Shown here piece by piece: positions 1 through 64,000 of a stretch of 64,000 nucleotides of DNA. The notes beneath the pieces were generated by a model, which was not told the origin of the DNA, searched no databases, and saw nothing but the letters and a program-made list of their open reading frames with translations. How positions within the stretch are numbered: the stretch's first letter is position 1; each line of letters begins with the position of its first letter. Origin of the DNA: Octopus vulgaris (Eukaryota); contig OX597834.1 of NCBI GenBank assembly GCA_951406725.2, forward strand, positions 17,856,001 to 17,920,000, in the 5' to 3' direction. A program made the translations under genes and the position numbers.

Positions 1-743
1 CAATTTTATCAATAATTATTCTTTTGTTCCTTATTTCTAATTTTTATGCAGATTATTTGTTTACTTTATATTTTCTTAAATCAGTCAGTCCTGCTTAATC
101 TTTTCAAATCCAGCTTAATCCAATTAACTCCTGCTGTTTGTGTGTGTCTTTTTCTCCCTTCACTCATTATTACAAGACAAATCTATCACCTGGCAAGGTA
201 ATTTAATAACCCTGTTGGTGATGATCCCACATAAAAGCACTGGTGCTGATGTCTCATAAAAATCATAGGTAAAATGTGCCACATAAAAAGCACTGTTGAT
301 GGTGCCATGTAAAAAAGCACCCAAGTGGTTGGCATTAGGAAGGGCATCAAGCTATAGAAACCATGCCCAAGACAGACAGTGAAGATGCTGACGACCGCTC
401 GGTTCAAAGTCTCTCTTGACCAGAAATGGCCTGAACTCTTTGCATGAACACCCTCCCTGTACATAACTCCATGTCTCCCTACATGACCTTGCTTTTTGCT
501 TTTTCAGCCAAAAAATTAACTTAACATCCAGCTGTAGAAACCATGCCAAGACAGACAATAGAACCTAGTGAAGCTTTCTGGCATTGCTAACTCCCGTTAA
601 ACTGTCCAACTCATACCTGTCAAAGTCTTGTTGTACCGCAAACCAAAAAGTAACGATCCAAAACTGTTACTTTTTTGGTAAAGCTGCCGGATATCGTTTC
701 AGCACAAAATTACTGTGTTAGCTGGAAGTATGTTATCACATAA

Positions 744-1039
744 CTAGCAGTATCGCCAGGCGTTGCTCGGGTTTGTAAGGGAAATAACTATATAAGCATT
801 TTTAGAGAGTTACTTCCCTTATATAACCCGAGCAAAAATCATTAAAAATGCGGAAAAATGATGGTAATTTTTTTTTTAAATCGTAGACTCATGATAATAC
901 CTAGAAGGACTCGATATGAATGACGACTATAAGATACTCGCTTTTGGTTAAATTGCACCGCAAAATGTGGGAGTAGTTAGGAATCTAAATCGGAGGAGAC
1001 AGAGTCTCACACACACCACTTCAATTTTATATATAAAGA
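744..1039 (-). mobile_element. Non-autonomous Helitron
   Basis: On the minus strand: A|TC...GCAACGCCTGGCGATACTGCTAG|T; shares its 3' part with the copy at 22619-23003. Confidence 0.75.
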
Positions 1040-1344
1040 TTGCTGGCCATATGAGATGCCTGTCCCCATAGAATTACTGGGTGAGGTGTTATTCCTACTG
1101 GCTACAACAACATGTCCCGTGTATGAGCAAAGGGAGCCACTATATAGTTAGTTAATTGGCGAGAAATAGCAGTCAAACCTCACTTGAATCAAACTGAAAG
1201 GTCTTCAAAAAGGGAAGAACATATTGGAAATACAAGAAAATACAGAATGGTAGGTCTGTTGAAACAGAACCAGCCTGAGGCAAACAACAACAACATTACA
1301 CAATACTTTATGAGTAAACATTAACAACAACAATTACTACTTAC

Positions 1345-56578
<55,234 letters not shown>

Positions 56579-56793
56579 CTACATAAAAATAAAAATCGAT
56601 ATATATTAAATCCATCGATAAGCAAAGAAAACATGAAAAGAGAAATAAAGAAATAAAATTACATGAAGTTAAATGAAATTAATAATAGGAATAAATTAAT
56701 AAATAGAATATAATGTATGTAAAATATGAAGGAAACAAAATAAAAAGTAATAATAAATTTCTGAACGAGGTATAAACAGTAACTGCACGACAA

Positions 56794-56934
56794 TGTGAGG
56801 TATATTTGCCATCTCAATATGGCTAACCACTAAGGGTGGGTGTTACTGTAGCTTGATGTTCTCCTGGGGCTACAAGCTACAGTAACACCCACCCTTAGTG
56901 GTTAGCCATATTGAGATGGCAAATATACCTCACA
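56794..56934. repeat. Perfect 62-bp inverted repeat with a 17-nt spacer
   Basis: 56794-56855 is the exact reverse complement of 56873-56934. Confidence 0.95.
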
Positions 56935-59900
56935 AAATAAAAAATAGACATCATAGATATTATTAATACTATATTGTTAGAAATAATAGAATATCAACAG
57001 AGTTATGTAATCTGTAATAGCCTATGTTGTGGAGCTCCAGTATGGCCACAGATGAATGATTGAAGACAGTAAAGATCATGTACATACACAGACAGTGAGG
57101 GTCTATGTATTTATGTGTAAACTGGCAGAATTGGTTGAGTGTCAGGCAAAATACCATGTGGTATTTGGTTGTATCTCTTTAGGTAGTGAGTTCAAACCCT
57201 ACCCAAGTCAGCTTAGTCTTCCATACTTTAAAGGTTCATAAAACCGATACTGGGGTCTCAATATAATCACTGACACCCCGAAAGGACCCACCTCTAACAA
57301 TATCATGATTCAATGACTGGGCCCAGTAAAAGAACAGAATAAACTTTGTGTCCAGCAGAAACAAGCTATTTCACCTTAATTCAATGTTTGTCATGAGAAA
57401 TAATCCTGAAGAGCAAATTATGAAGGAACTGACCACTAAGATTCTCAATGTAAAATGGTTTTTGACATTAGAAACACCAATTTGAGACACAATATTTACC
57501 TATCACCTATCCTGCTAGCATAAAGTGACAATGACAACGACATCATCATCATCCTCATCATTTAATGTCTGTCTTCCATGCTGACATGGGTTGGATGGTT
57601 TGATAGGAGCTAGCAATCCAGAGAACTACATCAAGATCCACTGTCTGTTTTGGCAACTGGATACCCTTCCTAATGCCAACCACTTCACAGAGTGGACTAG
57701 GTGCTTTTCACATGGCACCAGCAAAGTCTGTTTTTGCATGGTTTCTACAGCTAGATGTCCTTTCTAATGCCAACCACTTCACAAAGTGGACTGGGTGCTT
57801 TTTATGAGGCAGCAGCATGGAGATAAAATGCTGCCATTGGATATAACAGAAAAAAGAGTTACAATACCTAATTTAACCCTTTTATTACCATTTTTCCATT
57901 GGCAAACACTGCCTTCGTTTCAATTAATTTTGAAAATAATGAAGAATTTCCATGAGTAATTTTGTCATTACTGTGCTTGTGTTTGGACCATTAATTAGCA
58001 AAAAAAAATTTTATGAAATGTTTTAAATTAACATCACTTTAAACAAGAATTTTGTATTGAAGGACCATAGGCAGTTTCAGTCAGGTTCATATCAAAAGGA
58101 TAAGAAACTTCTAAGCTGGCAGGCAGAGAATAAGAAGATCTGCTTCAAATGTTTGCCATTCTGTAAAAGGCAGAGCAGAATCAACTTAATTCCTACTTAA
58201 TCCTTTTATTACCATATTTCTGGTAAAATACACTGTCTTTGTTTCAATTAATTTTGAAAATAATGGAAGATTTAGTAAAATAACTTTACTAAGCTGGTGT
58301 TTGGAACATAAATTTACAAGAAATTTTGATGGAAAATTTTAATTTAGATCACTTTTAAATAAGAAGTTTATATCTTAGAACCAGGTTAAGAAGCTTCTAT
58401 GTTGGTAGCCAGGAAACCAGAGATCTGGTTGAAATGCTTGTTATTCTGTAAAAGAGGAGGATCCACTTAATAGTTGCTTAATTCTTTTATGACAATATTA
58501 CCGTTAAACTACTCTGCCTTTATTTCAATTGATTTTGAAAATTATGAAGGATTTAGTAAAGTAACTTTGTCGTTATTTTCCTGGTGTCTGGCACACAAGT
58601 TTACAAGAAATTTTGATGGAAAACTTTAAATTAGCTCCTTTTAAAATAGGCAGCTACAATCACATAACAAGGGTTGGTTTCAGGTGGGTTGGTATCAAAA
58701 CGGTTAAGAAAATGGTATGGATGGCAGGCACTATGTTGGGTAATCAGTAATATGGTCACCCAGCAAGTAACAGATACATGGTTCAAGTCCTCTCAGAGAG
58801 TCAGTTGCTCGTTTATAATCAATGGTGATTATAAATGATTACAAGATATCGTTAATATTAAAAATATTAGCAGTTAATTCATTGATATTCAATAAAATAT
58901 AAAACAAATCATTTAAATAAAATGAAATAATGTAAGCAAAAAAGATAAATATAAATAGCTCTGTGATTAAGAACCTCGCTTTACATCTACTTGATTTTGG
59001 ATTTAGTCCAACTGTGTGGCACCTTGGGCAAGTGTCTTCTACTATAGCTCTTAGCTGGCCAATGCTGTGCAAGGGAATCTGGTTGATGGGAATTGTGCTG
59101 AAGCCTGTCATGTGTGTGTGTGTGTATGTATGAATAGATGAATGAGTTTATGTGTATATATATATGTGTGTGTGTGTGTCTTTGTGCTTGCCCCCTCCCC
59201 CGTTTGACAACCAGTGTTGGTTAGTTTATGTTCTTCGAACTTAAGTTTGGCAAAAGAAGCCAATTGAACAAGCACCAGACTTAAAAAAGAAATTACAAGG
59301 ACTAGGGTCGATTTGTCTGATTAAAACCCTTCAAGGTAGTGCTCCAGCATGGCCGCAGTCCAAGGGACTGAAACAAATAAAAGTAAAAAATAAAACAAAA
59401 AAAGTATTATTATTATAATCTTTCTTTTTCGAAGAGTCAATCAGTGGTGACCCATGGTAACTGAAGATTCTCCCAGATGGCAGGATTGATGTGGCCAGTG
59501 TCCAGTGGGGGCTGGACAGCTGCAGGAAAAACATTGTCGAGGGGAGAAGGAATCAGTGGGTTTGGTCATAACACCTGGCAACAGAATGATTCCATTAAAA
59601 AGGTACCAAAGGGCCACGTAATGGTTGTTGTGGTTGTGAGGGTAAAATTGTTGGGGGTGGGGCAGGACTGTCAGTGCTACACCACAGTTTGACATATAGC
59701 CCTGTTGAGAAACTGCTTGAATTTATCAATAAATCTTCGTCACCATCGCTGCCATTGCGACCACCACCACCAATGCCAGGCTCCCCATGAGTAAAAAAAA
59801 AAACTCAGTAGTTACATAATTAAGATTAAAATGGTTACAGTTAGCTTAAACAGCTGTCGCATGTTCGGTAATATGAATATAGATTTAACTTTACTCTAAG

Positions 59901-60447
59901 ATATTGCTGGAGTTGAGACTGTTTATGGTGTCACAAGACAAATTTATTCTTCTGCAGAATAAATTTATACGTTCCCCAGTGTTTTAATATAATTTTTCTC
60001 ACAGCTGTTAACCAATAGAGAAAAAAAAAAAAAAAAAAACCAACAAAAAACAACAAAAAAATATCATCTCCAGCAAACTGGAATTTTCAAAAGATTCTTG
60101 ATTTATGCCAATATTGGTAATTTGCATTGGTAATTTGCATTGGTACTTCAAATGTCACATCTGCCTTGGTAATTTTGCAGTTGATCGTAATTGAAGAAAT
60201 TTATATGTTTAGACATTAAGAGGGAGAAAAAAAAAAAGCCTCCCCAAAAAACCCCTATCACTCCCCTGACCCCAAAACGATTCTCTCAAATTACCTCTAA
60301 TCTTTGGTTTGTTGGCAAACTTGCCCTACCTCTACCTCTTTAACTATCATTACTGCAGTATATTCATCAATGACCTCTGCTCTACTCAACTTACTTTTGC
60401 TCTTTGCCATTCCAACATTTAAACTTTCTTGATCTACCCTTTAGTGT

Positions 60448-60497
<50 letters not shown>

Positions 60498-60504
60498 TAA
60501 TAAT

Positions 60505-60801
60505 AATTATTCCAGGTCTTTGTATTTTGAAAGTTTCTCCATTTCTTTTAGAGACACGTTGTCATCTGCTGGTATTGGTACATCAATTAGAAAGCATTTT
60601 TTTTCTTCATGATCTCTGACAACTATATCTGGTCTTTTGGCCTTAATTTTTCTATCTGTATGTATTGGCATATCCCAGAGTATGCAAAAGAAATAGACAA
60701 AGAAAAATCCCAGCAATGGTTGAGAAGCTCAAGACTCAAAGCAGAGACAGAGGGATTTTTAATTGCAGCACAAGACCAAAGCCTCCACACCAGAAATTAT
60801 T
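60505..60801. mobile_element. R4/Dong-clade non-LTR retrotransposon fragment with internal inversion
   Basis: Minus 60683-60510: ILWD.PI.TDR.I...RPDIVV...CFLIDV.IP...EKLSKYKDL (RLE). Plus 60681-60800: SQQWL....LKAETEGFLIAAQDQSL.TRNY. Confidence 0.85.
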
Positions 60802-60818
60802 ATTATTATTATTATTAT

Positions 60819-61500
60819 GAGGTGGTGGTGCACTGGCAGAATCATTAGCATGCCAGGCGATATGCTTAGTGGTATTTCATTTTCATCTCTTTTTAATGTT
60901 CTGAGTTCAAATTCTACCAAAGGTTGATTTTGCCTTTCATCCTCTCAGGGTCATTGAAATAAGTACCAGTTGAGCCCTGTGGTTGATGTAATTGACTGGA
61001 CCCTTACATCCCAAATTTCAGGCTTTGTGCCAATAGTAGAAAGGATTATTATTATTTTTATTATTATTATTATTATTATTCAAGGTAGTGAGCTGGTAGA
61101 ATCATTAACACGCTGGGCAAAATACTTAGTGGTATTTTGCCCGTTGCTACATTCTAAGTTCAAATTCTGCCGAGGTCAATTTTGCTTTTCGGGATCAATA
61201 AAATAAGTACCAGTTGAATACTGGGGTTGATGTAATCGATTCAACCCAATGTCCCCCAAGCTACCCTTATGCCAAAAATTTGAAATAATAATAATAATTA
61301 TTATATTAAAACAGAATCGTTAGCATGGGGGCCGAAATGCTTAGTGGTATTTCAACCATTGCTATGCTCCGAGTTCAAATTCCACTGAGGTCAGCTTTGC
61401 CTTTCATCCTTTCAGGGTCAATTAAATAAGCACCAGTTGATGTAATTGACTCATCCCACCTCTCACAATCTGCCCATGTGGCATAAATTTGAAATAATTA
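60819..61500 (+). mobile_element. Array of three SINE A copies
   Basis: Units separated by (TTA)n tracts. Confidence 0.75.
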
Positions 61501-62055
61501 TTATTATCATCATTATTATTATTATATCAACAATTTAATGAAATTTGAAATAATTATTATTATCATTATTATTATATCAACAATTTAGTAATCGTTCACA
61601 TGAACAAAATAATGTAACTATTTCATTTAACACATCTATTTGGTTATTTGATACACGGAAATGCAGTGAAGGCCTATGGCTTAGTTGTAAGGGTATTTAG
61701 CACGTAGTCACGAGGTCATATCCTGGTGGTGCATTGTGCCTTGAGCAAGACACTTCACTTAACGTTGCTCCAGTTGATTTAGCTAGCAAAAGTGAGTAGT
61801 ACCTGTGATTCTATGGGCCAGCCTTGTCACATTCTGAGTCTCACTGAATCTCCTCAAGAACTATGTTAAGGGCACACGTGTCTGTGGAGTGCTCAGCCAC
61901 TTGGGTGTTAATTTCACGAGCAGGCAGTCCTGTTGAGGTCAATTGGAACCCTTATCATTGTAACCGACAGAACATCAGTCTATTTATGGAAATGTATAAC
62001 AGCTATTAATTATTTGTGCAAGTTTTGTGTGGCTAAGGAAACTGAAGTAGCTGTC

Positions 62056-62147
<92 letters not shown>

Positions 62148-62304
62148 TGAGTGCAAGATAGTTTTGATGACAGATTTGATGGTTTGATTAGATAAATAAA
62201 CAAAGAAAAAATATAAATAAATAGGAGACATATAAACTAAATACAGCAAGATATAGTATTTTGTTTTCCACTGCTCAAATCTGGATTGAATCTCATAACA
62301 AATA

Positions 62305-62600
62305 GGTCAAATTTGAGTGTGTAATAACCAGATTTAACAACCCAAACTCAAATGACCAAAATTGAGTAACCAAATTTGAGTGACCAAGTCCAAATGACTG
62401 AACTTGAATGATCCAACCCAAAAGACTGAATTTTAGTCACCAAAGCCAAATGACCAAATCTGAGTGACCAAGGCCAAATGGCTAAACTTGACTAAAGCCA
62501 AATGATCAAACTTTAGTCACCAAACCCAAATGATAAGATTTGAGTCACCAAACCCTAATGACCAAATTTGCTTGAGTAACCAAACTGTTGATCAAATTCC
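62305..62600. repeat. Degenerate minisatellite, about 29-bp unit (TGACCAAATTTGAGT.ACCAAA.CCAAA)
   Basis: Recurrent CCAAATGAC and GAGT.ACCAA motifs. Confidence 0.7.
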
Positions 62601-63299
62601 ATCCACACTGTGTCCAGCCTTGTTCTTTAGACCTCAGGCCCTGTACTAGCCACATATTCCCAGTCCTGCTGGAAATCTTTCACTGACCATGCTTTTCTTG
62701 CAACTGTCATCCTGTAGTTGTTGTCTTTTTATTTGTTTCAGTCATGAGATTGCAACCATGCTGGGGCACTGCCTTGAAAGATCTTTAGTCAAATGAATTG
62801 ATCCCAGTACTTGCTTTTTTTTTTTAAGCATGGTACTTATTCTATCAGCATCTTTTGCTGAACTGGTAAGTTACAGGGATGTAAACATACCAACACTAGT
62901 TGCCAGTTGGTGAGGGGGGGGGGGGGGCAAACAGACACAAAGACATACACACATATACACAAATATATATACACACATAATATATACATATATGCAATGG
63001 GCTTCTATCAGTTTCAATCTACCAAATCCACTCATAAGGATCTGGTCAGCCCAAGACTATAGAAGAAGACATTTGCTCAAAATGCCACATAGTAGGACTG
63101 AACCCAGATCCATGTGGTTGGGAAGCAAGTTTCTTACCACACAGCCATGCCTGTGCCTATGCTGTTGTTCGGAGAAAAACATCAACCACATCAATCCCAC
63201 TGGTGTCAGAAGATAAATGAAGACTCTGGACATTGAGCAATGCTAAATGAAGACCATGGCTACAACAGTTCCTTCTCTCGACCAGGCCATTAATAAACA

Positions 63300-63860
63300 C
63301 AATTAATTTTTTCTGAAGAATAACCACACATAACTGATTAAACCCTCCTCCAGTACTGTTCTGACCTCAACGACAGAATTCATACTTTTTCCATCCAAAT
63401 GATTTTGAAGACTGCAGAATAAATGATAATCAGATGGGGCAATGTCCAGCTAATATGGTGGTGGCATTGTTTCCCACCAGGGTTTGCAGGATGTCCTTAT
63501 TAAACGCTACAGATCTTCCAGGCTGTAGTTTCCAGCTCGGAATTTCTGGAACCACCGTTGACATTAGCTTATGCTTATTATCCAATCCCCATATAGCTGC
63601 ATTTATATTCCTCACAACTCTTGTATTGCTGCCTTTATCGAACTCATAAAGCAAAATATGCCAAATATGCTCTTTTGTCACTTCCATTATAGCTTTGACA
63701 AAATAATTGTTAAAATTGAATTGCACTCTTCAAAATTTGCACTATGATTAAGTACAAGGTAAAATTACTACCAGCTTTTATAGCAAGTTGATGCAGGTAA
63801 TTTATCCCACCCCACTTCAGCTTTTAGTTCATGCATTTGAAAAACCACATTATTTATTTT
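63300..63860 (-). mobile_element. Internally deleted mariner transposon remnant
   Basis: N-terminal MEVTKEHIWHILLYEFDKG..NI HTH segment joined to C-terminal DIAPSDYHLFCSLQNHLDGK; the catalytic middle is missing. Confidence 0.8.
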
Positions 63861-63880
63861 TGCTTTTTGAGCCAAAAAAT

Positions 63881-63915
<35 letters not shown>

Positions 63916-64000
63916 ACCCCTATATAAATGCATGGCATTCTACCAAAATTTAAACTTGTTATTAACCCTTTCGTTACCGTATTTATTTTGAGATGCTCTG

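Noticed and set aside
1-1344. Second HKD exon (VTE..YVHSK)
   Set aside because: Not found; the region is repeats and intron, so the gene likely continues beyond the window start. Its absence is not evidence of a pseudogene.
60370-60440. Possible upstream PLD exon ending at a GTAAGT donor
   Set aside because: The translation has no similarity to the expected PX segment and there is no pyrimidine-rich acceptor; upstream exons are presumed to lie outside the window.

Overview
AT-rich, microsatellite- and SINE-dense animal genomic DNA. The repeat repertoire suggests a cephalopod, probably Octopus (inference). The window is spanned by one minus-strand, multi-exon phospholipase D gene of the PX-PH/PLD1-2 family. 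I traced 20 GT-AG exons from 56578 down to 1345. They join in one continuous frame (2743 nt, about 914 codons) covering the C-terminal PX, PH, first HKD motif, a roughly 320-aa loop, the PIP2-binding segment and the IYIENQFF region. The N-terminal exons and the second HKD exon were not found in the window. Introns hold at least four SINE families; remnants of RTE, CR1, HERO, R4/Dong and Penelope retroelements; mariner, pogo-like and piggyBac-type MITEs; non-autonomous Helitrons; and tandem repeats. Highlights: (i) several type I hammerhead ribozyme folds, including a divergent pair around a palindromic microsatellite, one in the pre-mRNA sense orientation; (ii) a genomic CAG (Gln) at the conserved PIP2-binding Arg, a candidate Q-to-R A-to-I recoding site; (iii) an MLCK-like calmodulin-binding motif in the expanded loop; (iv) near-identical direct repeats bracketing a loop exon; (v) an inverted, twin-primed R4/Dong insertion. 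No database searches or folding calculations were run; alignments and pairings were done by eye.
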